DNA of 63,008 nucleotides, counting the filler, from Phoronis australis (lineage: Eukaryota; Animalia; Phoronida), in assembly GCA_002633005.1 (NCBI GenBank). It is 6 parts of 6 records of this genome, joined end to end, with 100 filler letters (N's around TTAATTAATTAA, not from the genome) between each part and the next. Parts side by side here need not be neighbours in the genome. Positions count along the whole stretch, not along the records: positions 1 to 27,948 come from NMRA01001074.1; 5 more parts are not named here. The stretch is one strand, 5' to 3'. The notes beneath the pieces were generated by a model. It made no database searches. It saw nothing but the letters and a program-made list of their open reading frames with translations, and was not told the origin of the DNA. Below are positions 12,549 to 23,366 of the stretch, in pieces. The position numbers and the translations under genes were made by a program. Position 1 is the stretch's first letter. Every line of letters begins with the position of its first letter.

Positions 12549-12756
12549 TTGCTACTTATTATAACTAGCTTCAGTCATCAGTAGGATCACCTTACAGCAC
12601 ACAGCAGTGTGATACATCGTTTTAGTTATGTCTGGACACTTAGTATCCTTTTACAAACATGACTGTTGACAGTGTGTTACATACATATTTGTGTTTAGTT
12701 TGAAGTGTTCCTCCATGTTTATTTAGGTTTGCAGTAGTTAGCTAAGGGTAGAAGGA

Positions 12757-12923
12757 TGTTGTGTATTGACAATGCTACTTGTGGTTTTCCTTAGAATATA
12801 GTCATCTGGTATTTATGCCCACAAACCACTTGTACATCCCCCTTCTTGTATTAGTTCTCCAAGTGAATAGACATATTATTTTACTCTCACCTGTGTTGTT
12901 TTACTGGTTCTACGAACACAACA
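12757..12923 (+). repeat. 3' LTR of Gypsy element (167 bp)
   Basis: Begins TGTTGTGT right after the polypurine tract and ends with the inverted terminus ACACAACA. Confidence 0.75.
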
Positions 12924-12965
12924 GCTGTGTCACGGGTTTTGTTTCTAATTTTCTTTCTTTTTTAG

Positions 12966-15900
12966 GTGCTAATGGAGAAATTGCCCGTGAGTGCTCAGAC
13001 ACACAGACAGGCATCACACCCCCTCCTGATAGTGGCCACCCGTGCGGTTGGAAGTTCTATAAATCGGCTAAAGGCCACCCAATTTACATGGGCACCTGCG
13101 CCCCATGCCATGTGCTATGTGATAGGCACATAGAAAGCTGCCAAACATCTTGCCCAGGTTAGTGCCAGATCTATAGCTCAGCATTTTCATTACAAGTGTA
13201 TGGAATTTTATAAAATGTGGCAAATGGACCCACATGGCGTCATACCTATGGGCAAATTTTTAGGATACATGAGTCGCATTTGTCGAATGTGTGCCTTTTT
13301 CTATTTGATTTTGGGAGGTGGCATTTAAATGTGCAGGACTTCGTCTGCTATCTCAGTACTAAAAGAGATTCATCTTACGGCCAACTTCATTCCTATTTAA
13401 CTACGGTAAACACATAAATCCATTGTTGGGATCTGTGCTTTTGCACTATGCTAAACCTCATTTTGCAAAAAATTGTTGCTTTGCTTTTTACAAAAAAAAA
13501 TAATTGCGGGCGGTCTGATACACGTTGTACCAGACGAGCGCAGGCCTCGCATGTGGGCCCATTGCACTGATCACCTGGAAATATTTTTATGCTTTACTAA
13601 TATATGGTTAAAACCGAGCTGAGGAGCTAGAAACCTGGCTCAAGGGTTTAGTAGTGTGACCTGGTGGGATTTGAACCCACAACCTCGAGTAAAGAAAGCG
13701 GGCACTTATCAACCAGGCCACACTCACTGCCTCCTCGTTGCTTTGCTTTTAGTTGTATTAGATTCTTAATGCAATATAAGAAAAAGTCAAGGAAAATTAT
13801 GACAGTTATAGTGTGCCATTGGCCCAAGTTTTTTATGTGACAATGACGTGGGGTGGGCTCTCTTAAGATTATCTTTGCAATTCTCCTTGCTGGCAGGGAA
13901 GTGACATACACTCATTCTGGGCTCAGCTACTGAGAATCCACATGGGGTAGTGATACAGTTATTGTCTTAGTCAGGACCATAAACCCTTTATTGAGGTGTG
14001 TTTAGGTACACAGTCCAACTGGGATAGTTGCATGGCTAAGAGCAGGCTTGTGTGCGAATGACAATCATGATTTACAACTGTTCCTGTTAAATTCTAACCC
14101 ATTATTTGATTAGTTAACCCATCCAGGCTGAAAATACTGTTATAAGCTCAAAAGGTCATCATTTCATCACCACGTCTGCTGTATAGAGTTATCCAGGGGT
14201 AAGATATGATTCTTCCCATATGGGAAAAGAGTGAAATGAAGAAAGATATGCACATTGCACTATTACTGGTCACAGAGTTTTGATTTATTTCACCATAAAA
14301 CAAAATTTGCATGCTTTGAATCGAGGTGGCCCTCTTTTTCTGAGTTTAATCAAAGGCTTTGGGATGATGGAGATTTGGAAGTCTCTCATTGCTGCATGCC
14401 CTGATGAACACTTCTTTTCAAAATGAATCAATTTGTATTTAAGGCTGCTATAAAGCTGCACCCTATCAGAGAAATTAAGTTTTATTTAGAATATTTACTA
14501 CAGTATAAAACATCTTGTCTACTGACTATATACTCCAACCGTAAGAGTTTTCAAGGCTTGGAACAGTTCATTTTTGCTCAATGTTCAGCATATAAAACGA
14601 CCCATTGCGACAAGTCAACTTGTTTATTATCTGGTCTCTCAGTTGTTTTCAATCTCAGAAACCAGGTAACAAGTTGAGACTAACATCAATGTGGCATGTG
14701 ATCTAAATCGAAAGGTATTTTGTAGCAGCTTGACCGTTTTGCGAAATGTCTATCTTGAAAGAGATAGGAGCTTTCAACCAAAAGGTGTAAGTAAAATTGT
14801 TTTCTTCATTTGAATAGCATTTGTCAGCAACAAAACATATTGACCTTTAATTTTACTTTTAGAATACTATGCCAAGTGTAGGGTCCCAATTGGCAAGTCA
14901 ACTGTTAAGAAATCAGTGGATATCTCCACAATGGGCCCAGTTGTTGATGAAAAAAGCTTTGCTACTATTTTGAAACAGGACGAGCATGTGGTAAGTATCG
15001 TCCCCTTTGTTATTTACCTGTTCTTACTTTCTTTCAAATAATGCAGTTTAATTGTCACTATTATGACTGTTTAGTTTAATGAAAGCTTCTTTTTTGCTGG
15101 CATGTTTTCATGATCATACCTTTTTGATTGTTCATAATATCATTGTAAGTTTCAATTTTTTGGTATATGTGATACGGGTAGTGTCACCTAGTGGCAATTT
15201 TATTTTTGCATCTAACAAGTTCTTGATGAATCTTCATAAAATTTGGTGTGTGCTCCTGCTAAGGAGAGCACAATTAACCTGGGACAAATCTAACTACTGT
15301 GGAGCCCCCTAGTGGCAATTAATTTTTGTTTTCTATGCGTTTGTCTCGTCTACGTAGTTTCTAGATGAGTGTTTTTGAAATTTGGCAAGTTACCATGGTG
15401 GAGATGACAGCACCTGCCCTGTTCAGACAGATTTGAAATAAACCATACTCCCTTGTAGTATTTTATTAGGTTTGCATTTTTGTCATTCATTGTCTGCCTC
15501 CCTATCCTTCAAACTGCTTGAAGAATCATGATGAAAGCAGCAGGTGTGTTCCTACTGAGGAGAGCATTCCCGGCATGCTTTGTGCCCCCTCAAGGCGATA
15601 GTCAGATTATGAGTATTGCTCCCTCTATTCAGAAGTTTGAAATAATGATCACCCCTTCTATATGTACAGTGGGTGTGTAACAATGGTCTGCACTGCTCTT
15701 GTAAGGGGTATTTTGACCAGAACTGTTTGCGAAGTGCCCCAACACATATATTTTCAGCATTTTGCAATTTAACTCTCTACTTTCCTGAATTCTGACCCAT
15801 TCTTTGTTTTCTTCCATTCGTCTATCGAAATGCTCTGTGTGCAACTTGTGCATTTCAAATAAGATTCTGACCAAAATTTTAAAAAATGTGCTTTTGCGAT

Positions 15901-17965
15901 GCTGTAGTGCATAATTTGACATTTTGTGATTTGATGGTACTGGTATTTTCCTGAATTTTATTCATTTTTGATTTTCTTGCATTCATATACAAAAATGCTC
16001 TTCTGTGCACAGTTCTTATATTTGATTGGGGATTTCAACCAAATTCGTAGAGCAAATCATCGGCATTTTGCAATTTGGCCATTTTCCCTAAATTTTTAGC
16101 TGTTCTGGATGCATCTATAACGTGAAATATTCTTCCGCCCCCTATAGGATCTTCTGTGGGGAGTGTTGCGGACTATCGGTGTCTTGTTGACCTTAGCTGA
16201 CATATTTACGTGGTAACGTGAAGTTCCCTCTGTTACTAATGTATTAACTTCTAGGAATTGATTTTCTAATCATAGCACATTTTTCAAGGTATTCAGCAAA
16301 TTTATGCTCATCCAAAAACATGTCTAGTAATCACCAATTAGGCTTATGAAATACTTTAATATTGTACCTTCTATGGCAGCCGAGAGAGTTCAGCCTGTCT
16401 GTAACAAATGCTTGTTGTAGTTATGCTGTCTTACTTTTTATATAGGCTAATGTTGAACTTCCGATAATCCTTGTTTGCGGAGTGGGTGTTTTTTGCACCC
16501 TTTTAATTGCTGCTATTGCTAAGAGGAAGTCACTTGTGCAGGTAAGTTTGCATTTCCGATTTAAGAAACATACCTCGAATGCCTGTGCAAAATTCTTCAG
16601 AAAGTTTTTCTCAAAGGATGAAAGTTTTCATGCTGAAAATTGTGGCAGTCTTGTAACCAAGATGGCTGTATGTATAAGTAGATAGAGTACCCAAACGCTG
16701 GTCTTTTGTCCATTCACGACGAGTGAAAAATGTTTGATTATAACACTTCCTCAACTTTTCATATGCACCCATCACAAATTCATCTGCTGCTTGGTTTGGC
16801 ATAAAATAAGACAACTCAGAGTTGTCATTAAGATCAGTAGAGGGGAACTGAGAATCCTATAAATAGTAGAATAATCTTAAAAATAGCTTGTACATGTGTG
16901 GAAAAATCCAAGTTGTTGGAGCATTTGCACTGTAAATACTGAATGGCTGTGGTTTTTCCAGAAAGTAAAGATGTATCAGCCACATTTCATATTCCAAAAC
17001 TAATTTGTATATTAATTTATTAGGGATTTCTATTATTTCAAAATCTTAAGTCACCTGATGCATAACTTTGGCTGCCTTTACAATGTGACACGCAAAGCAC
17101 CATGTGAGCTATACATATACACCAGTACCTCATGACCAACAGCAAATTTCAGTATGGTAAAAATCTCCAGTTGTGGCCAGGCTCTAAAATTTGGGACACT
17201 GAAATTCAAGTGAAATTTGAATTTTTTTAATTCTGAAGATTTGGACGTGGGTGATTTTTGTGTTCATCACCCTTCTCAAATGTCAGACATAGTTTGATAA
17301 TGCACTTGACTGTTCATAAAATAGAAAAAAGTTGGTGTTGCAATATTTTGTTTGATGGGTTCCCATAGTGTTTAACATCAAGTCGAATAATTGTGTGGAG
17401 ATCATAATTCTTGAATTTGGGGCAAAATATCCAGTATTGCTTATTTCTAAAGATTGGTACAAGTTCCATCCTTGAGCAAAATAGTTAGGTTTTCACTATC
17501 TTGAGCAGGATAATTATTACCATACTAAATCTTCTGACTGGTCCCAATGGAGAACATGACATTTGTCTTTGTGTTATACATTCTATGACCTATCTCATCC
17601 TTACAAGAGCAAATCCCAATTTTTATTCTGTAGTTTCCCACCATTCAGCTTGTTACCACAAAGCGCAGAGCTAAGTGAAACTTAATATCTTCTATACCGA
17701 TGGTCAAGGTAGATTTATTAAAATGTTACACACCTTAAGCTTTTAACTCTTTTCAAGTTACATTCAATGGACTTAAGAAGATTTTAAGTAAATAACGGTA
17801 CATGACTTTCGTTGTTTGTTTTATAATGCCTAACGCAATTCATGGTTTCTTGCACTGAATTTTTTTTGATTTAAAGGAACATTAAACTTTTTTCTTTTGT
17901 GAGAAAAGGTGTTCGAACGTCTGCGTGAACGACCCCATCATCCCATACAAGCCTCTGAAGATTAG
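12966..17965 (+). CDS. Putative minimal TNF-receptor-like single-pass membrane protein (Grindelwald/BCMA-like CRD); exons 12966-13157, 14863-14990, 16446-16541, 17909-17965; first exon not located
   Basis: All introns are GT..AG with compatible phases (1,0,0). Spliced product: ..ANGEIARECSDTQTGITPPPDSGHPCGWKFYKSAKGHPIYMGTCAPCHVLCDRHIESCQTSCPEYYAKCRVPIGKS...QDEHV-ANVELPIILVCGVGVFCTLLIAAIAKRKSLVQ-VFERLRERPHHPIQASED*. This is a Cys-rich domain, stalk, TM helix, KRK stop-transfer and short tail. The last exon is the least certain. Confidence 0.65.
13503..13597 (+). repeat. Dispersed repeat of about 95 bp (second copy inverted at 41699-41795)
   Basis: GCGGTCTGATACACGTTGTACCAGACGAGCGCAGGCCTCGCATGTGGGCCCATTGCACTGATCACCTGGAAATATTTTTATGCTTTA is matched by the reverse complement of 41699-41795. 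Confidence 0.85.
13610..13731 (-). mobile_element. tRNA-derived SINE head
   Basis: Minus strand has an A-box-like TGGCCTGGTTGATAAG and a B-box GGTTCAAATCCC with tRNA spacing. It is followed by a non-tRNA body, and the cloverleaf is degenerate. Confidence 0.6.
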
Positions 17966-19069
17966 AAGCCAGACAGCATTGAAAGCAACCTGCATAAAAA
18001 GATTCGTGTGCCATAACCACATAGAGTGACCGTTTTAATGCTTAGCTAGACACTTATTGTAATGTAGCTTTTATATTATCAACTCATTACTACTAACTTA
18101 ATCTCAAGTTATTATACTTTAAAGCACCTTTCACACTACCACCAACTCGTCAATGTTTTGGGTTGTTCTGGTCGATATGAACTTCAGCCTTAGATCAAAG
18201 CAGGAAACAGTAAAGTTAATATCACTGTAAATAATGGAGCGCCAACCTTTCGATGTTATATGAGCGTTAGTGACTTGGATGTCACCAGAGTTGCATGCAT
18301 AACGTTTCCAGAACGCCACCTTGTGATGATGATGTACAATACCCTTGCATCAAACTTTAATAACTTCTGTGGTGTCTGTTGTCTACTGAAGTCGATTGGA
18401 AATGTTGAACTTTCTTTTTAGTTTACATTGCTGTTCCTATAGTGCTGAAGTTGAGTGAGTATGAAAGGGCCCAAAGAAATTGTAAGACAGGATCATGTTA
18501 CCTTAGAAAACTCTTTGATTTGGGACACAACATATGGCATACGAGAGTAATTTCATTTCGTTAATTATCTCAACAAATTTTGCACAGTACAACTTTAACC
18601 AAAGCATTTTGTAAAATTTTGAGCTTTTGAAGTGATGTAGTATTTCTGTGAAAAATGTCAGTTTCATCAATTATTTGTGACCCAAATTGAAGAATTGGTA
18701 GCGTAATCTTTCCTGTTCAAACACTCAGTCACAGCGTCTTGCTTTTACTTATGGTAAAATTTCTTAATTTTGGCACTGAAATATTATTCCTGATTTTGCT
18801 GTTAAAATAGTGTGCACTTTTTTCTTAAATCAAATCTGTGAATGACCCCTTGCATTGTGTCAAAAACTTCAGTGCCAACTTAAGGAATCTTAACGTAAGT
18901 GTGATGTTAAATCATACAGGTCTGATCACTTGGATCTGAATGTAAGCTGTGATTGTTCACCACAGGTCACGAATCGTCTTTCACCATCAATCGCTACTCA
19001 CTACCAGTGAAATGACACCAATCACCAATGTATAACACTCACCACATGCACTGATAACCAGTCACCATC

Positions 19070-19900
19070 ATTTACTTGGCGAAAATTTTTTGCCAAGTAT
19101 GTTGCTCTGTCATTAAGTTTTTTTTGTTTGTTCGCACGATACAGGTCGCAGTTTTTGTCCGATCCTCATGAAATTTACACACAACTTGTACTTCCAGTAG
19201 TACAGGAGCCCTATTGTTTTTCGTCATAATCGTATCCAAGATAGCAAATATGGCAGCCATTTTGTTTTCAATTTCAGATTCAATTGCTCATAGAAGCCAT
19301 AATTTTTGATGTACTTGAAAATCTGTTGAAAAATTGAACAATACATGTGTTACAGATGTGCACGAAATTGTTCACTTCCGGTCAAAGGTGGCAAAAATAT
19401 CGGCAATTGCACATGTGCACTTCGATTTTGTTCAAAAAATGTTTTCTCCTGTAGAGGGCGCATTATAAAACCAATTGCTTCAAACTCTTTCAAGTATAAG
19501 TTTACTATGACACACTATTATGTAATGCTGAAAACCGAAAGTTGCTTTCAAGATGGCGGATTTGGCTCATTTTGATCCATTGTAAACGGGAAGAGGAAAT
19601 GATGTGAATTTTTGCATGTAGGTTCTATACGGTATTCTCTTTCAAATGAACTGTAACAATTTTTTTTTCAGACTTACCATTTTCGAGTTATTTGAAGTTG
19701 AATTTCAAAAGAAACGGCAAAATTCCATTTTTTTCAAAAAAATCTATGGAATTTTGTGAAACTATTAATTTAGAGTTTTGAACGGGCTTTCAGAAGATAT
19801 TTTCCATTTTTTGCTAGGATGTCTACTTTTTGAATTATTCAAAATTTTCTTATAGCACTGTTCCTTTGTTGAGCGCTCTTGCTGCATCAGTGTTGGTTTA
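19070..19900 (+). mobile_element. HINE/Helentron-like non-autonomous element (approximate bounds)
   Basis: Starts with the hairpin ACTTGGCGAAAA/TTTTGCCAAGT followed by a GTTT microsatellite, then degenerate GAAATTT-containing internal units. Confidence 0.4.
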
Positions 19901-20697
19901 GCTTCTATTGAACAAGACTGTAGCCCATTTCTTACTGATTTATGACGTCTAAGTTCATCATATGAAGGTTATCATTACCTGTATTGTTCATCATTGCCAC
20001 CATCATTGTCATATTCATCATCTTCGTCATCATCTATCGTCGTCTTTTCTATTAATTTCGCCAAGTTTCACTCCTTGGAGCACTTTTATTCACCTGTCGC
20101 TTTCATTCACCTGTCGCTTTCATTCATCAGTCGCTTTCATTCACCTGTGGACACTGTTGCCACTCACCAACTCAAATCATTTTGGTAGTGGTATCAGTTA
20201 CCCATGCTGTAAACATTCCCTTTAAACGAAATAAGGGAAATAATGATCTGTTTGGTCACATAGTGAGGGTAATTACTGTTTCTTATCACATCATGTCTAA
20301 ATAGAAGGATTGGAAGGTCTATTTATCCATATTCATTTTGGAACATGAAAAGCAATGGAAACTATAAAACCTGAATAGGGGAATAAAAATTAGACCATGT
20401 GGGTTCATGAATTTTCAAAATTTGTCAAGCAATATTGATTTTGTCAACAACAACCCAAGCCTTGAGCTATTCATTGGCATATAATCTAATTAACTGGGTC
20501 TCTATCTCACAAGCTGTGCCTGAATTAATGAACGTGGATAAAACTTGGCCCTGGAGTGGGATACTTGTTTAAAGGGAATGTTCTCCACATGCCACTCAAC
20601 AGCAATCATTGTCATTCTCCTGTTGACACCGCAAATCACCAACATGTAACAACACTGTCACCTCTCACCAACTCAAGTCACTCGTCACTCTCATATC

Positions 20698-21007
20698 CAG
20701 GGGCGGATCCAGGATTTTGAATTGCGGGGGCAGGGCACAGGAATAACCAGAATTTCACCACATGCGCGCGTCCAGCCTAAAATGTAGAGATGCATGGGTC
20801 TTGAATTTTTGGGTTTGTGGACCTTATTACTAAAAAAAAACGTAAACGAGGTTTGTTCAAGGCCTATGCATTGTGCATTCACCCCCGAGCCCCCCTGGGT
20901 GTGCACATATGCTAGTCACCAATTCGCACCCCGAACTGCCAAATGGTATCTGGGAGAATTTTAGGGGGGGCCGTGGCCCCCTTGTCTCCCCCCTAAATCC
21001 GCCACTG
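20698..21007. mobile_element. Cluster of short GC-ended MITE remnants
   Basis: CAGGGGCGGATCCAGGA start and CCTAAATCCGCCACTG end. Related ends occur at 33017, 33175 and 59191-59259. The motif TCGCACCCC(C)GAACTGCCAAATGGT recurs near 57141. Confidence 0.6.
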
Positions 21008-21265
21008 ATATCAGTCACCACAGCCACAATCACTATCATTCACATGTCAACACTCACACGTCATGCAGTCACAACTGATCATCATACTCCTGTGTCTCCA
21101 CTTACCAGAAATCGCTATCAGCCACATCACATAGTCACATCTGCTCATAAACATCAATTACCTTGCATTTGTTATCAGTTATCGTTATCATTCACCAATC
21201 AACGCAAATTTCTTTCATACATCAGTCACCATTGATCATCGCTCATTCACAAATCAACACAAATG

Positions 21266-21386
21266 ATCATCATCTCACGATCATAGCCACATTTAGCGAG
21301 GCACACTTGACACAGAGCAGCTGACTATCATCTCCCGATCATAGCCACATTTAGACGAGGCACACTTGACACAGAGCAGCTGACTA
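21266..21386 (+). repeat. Tandem duplication, about 58-60 bp x2
   Basis: CGATCATAGCCACATTTAG(A)CGAGGCACACTTGACACAGAGCAGCTGACTA is repeated head-to-tail. Confidence 0.9.
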
Positions 21387-23023
21387 GGCGCAAGTGGTGG
21401 CTTTTTCGTTTGAAAGTTAGAGCAGTTGCACTCGATCAATTGCTCCGGTGTCAACTACATGTCTCAACACAAAGTGGGGCAAGGAGCAAGGGATGATCTT
21501 TTATTGCTCTTGTGCAATAGATTACATACAGGTGATCACATTGCTTTGGACATTCTCACACTTAATCCAATCATGTGCGGACTGCTTTCATATAGCTGAC
21601 TTCCGTGCTGACCCAGTTTGCGATAATGTTGTGTAAATGTGACCGAAGTGGAGCAACTCCCGCCGTGACAACTTGTGCCACGACAAGTGTTCCTCATGTA
21701 AAAGTGGCTATAGTCACCACTGGTTATCAATCACTGTCATTCAGTAGTCTCAACAGAAATCACCTACCCATTCCAAGCACAATGCTAGTAATTTTCATGA
21801 CAAGTTATGCACACCTTGTTATCGATTGTACATTACACGCTCAGCATCAGAAAGCTATGTACATAGTGCTACGATGTGTTCAGCTTATCTGGAAAGTGTA
21901 ATTGGTTTCTGATGAGATAAATACATTAAAGGGACTACGGTAATTTTACATGTATTTCGCGCAAACATAATAGTCAAAATTGTAATTTTTCAAATGCGAA
22001 TTACATTGCTGGAAATATTGTAAACTCTTACCGAATGCTGTTTTTAACACCCCCTGACTGCAGATTATGCTTGAAACTGACTTAAATGTTCTTAGTGTTT
22101 ATTTTTATGGAGAAATTCAATAGTTAAGAGTTACACTGGTCAGCGAAGAAATACCGTAATCAACTACAGTGGCACTGAGCCCTGTGTGGTGTTTTCATGC
22201 ATTGACACTGAGCCCTGCATGTGTGGTATCATACAAGTTTTCCAAGGGCAGGCCATGATCAGGTTCCTGACATTCCATTGTAGTCTGTAGTTGGAGTCTG
22301 GCTGGTTCCCTACTTGCCTAGCCAGCACGCAGGTATCACGCAGTGGCACGTGCTTTAGCATTGGTCAGTGTAACCTGCTCAATCATTGGTTAGCTTTACA
22401 ACACCGTGAAAAAATGGCGGACTGTGAATGATTCTTAGCCTTGTCATGCAAGTGACGTCGCAGCAACTATTTCGTTTCTGCAGTGATGTTTAATAGCTGC
22501 ATGCTTCAAGCACGCACGCACAAAAAACACGTATCTTAGTGGCTGATTTAACCCGGCAGTGTGTTATTCATACTGTATGAATACAGGACAGTATCGTAAA
22601 AAAAAGTTATCGCCAGTAGAAAGATGCACTCCGTAAAGGCGCAACCACAATTTCTAGGATTCACATTTCCTGAACATAAATTTTAAGCACCGATTTGTTT
22701 GTACAACAGACCACATTTACACTTCAGTCCATAAGTCATGCCAGTTTGTTTGTGTGAAGCACTGCCTGCTGAGAATTTGACTAGCCAATCAGAAACACCG
22801 GTGTAAAAAACTTTCCCGAGGAAAATTAAGTGATACCTGCGTGTTGGCTTCTGACCACCTAGCGGCACGTCATGGTAGGGAACCAGCGAGTAGTTGGAGT
22901 GAGCACCATTACAGTTTAGAAGGCAAGCAAGTCAGGCTGTGATTTTTTGAAAATTTTTTTGAGGACTATATTTTTAGATGGCTTTTGGATGGCAGTGTGT
23001 TAATATTTTCTTACTTTTGTATA

Positions 23024-23366
23024 TTAAAGCTGCATTCATTTCGCCCGTTTAGCTGGCAATGTTGAATTCTTAAACAATGATTTTGGGGTTGAAAAAGTTT
23101 AACGCACTTCGATCTCAAAGAATTGCAGTATGAGCTGGCGACTCAAGTCGCAGACAAATCATATCACTTTCGAATATTCCTTGCTCTTACGGTGACCAAC
23201 CTCAATACCTGAAGCGTTTTCTTGAATAGCTGATGGTTTCCATGTTCTTGTTGGTAACGGAAATAGAATCCTGTCATGGTAAGGAATATTAAACGGAATT
23301 TATAGAGTACGAGACCTAATTATGCAATTTTTTTTAGCCAGGTAAACTGGGCGAAATGCAGCTTAA
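23024..23366. mobile_element. TTAA-flanked MITE (Kolobok-like)
   Basis: Left TTAA|AGCTGCATTCATTTCGCCCGTTTAGCTGGC and right GCCAGGTAAACTGGGCGAAATGCAGC|TTAA form imperfect TIRs of about 28 bp. Confidence 0.7.

Larger units (their letters stand above)
11270..12923 (+). mobile_element. 5'-truncated, internally deleted Gypsy (Mag-like) LTR retrotransposon
   Basis: Gag knuckle region CVGCGG...PARGEKCHRCGTRNHFQCQCRSK at about 11376-11489 sits directly next to the integrase (LVIVDAHS, HGLPVVIVSDNG, PYHPASNGAAE, RITPHSATGRPPAELL, GPY/F-like tail, RRHVDHI). PPT AAGGGTAGAAGGA precedes the LTR. Confidence 0.9.

Noticed and set aside
13655-13731. Functional tRNA gene
   Set aside because: A/B boxes are present but acceptor and anticodon stems are imperfect and a SINE-like body follows. 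Weaker tRNA-like heads near 33797 and 61840-61906 were rejected for the same reason.
14653-14786. Extra exon of the TNFR-like gene
   Set aside because: A donor-like GTAAGT is present, but I could not establish a phase-compatible open exon. The flanking exons already join in frame, giving CPEYY.
20212-20582. MITE defined by the 16-bp inverted repeat AACATTCCCTTTAAAC
   Set aside because: The inverted pair is real, but no TSD or second copy is visible, so element status cannot be supported.
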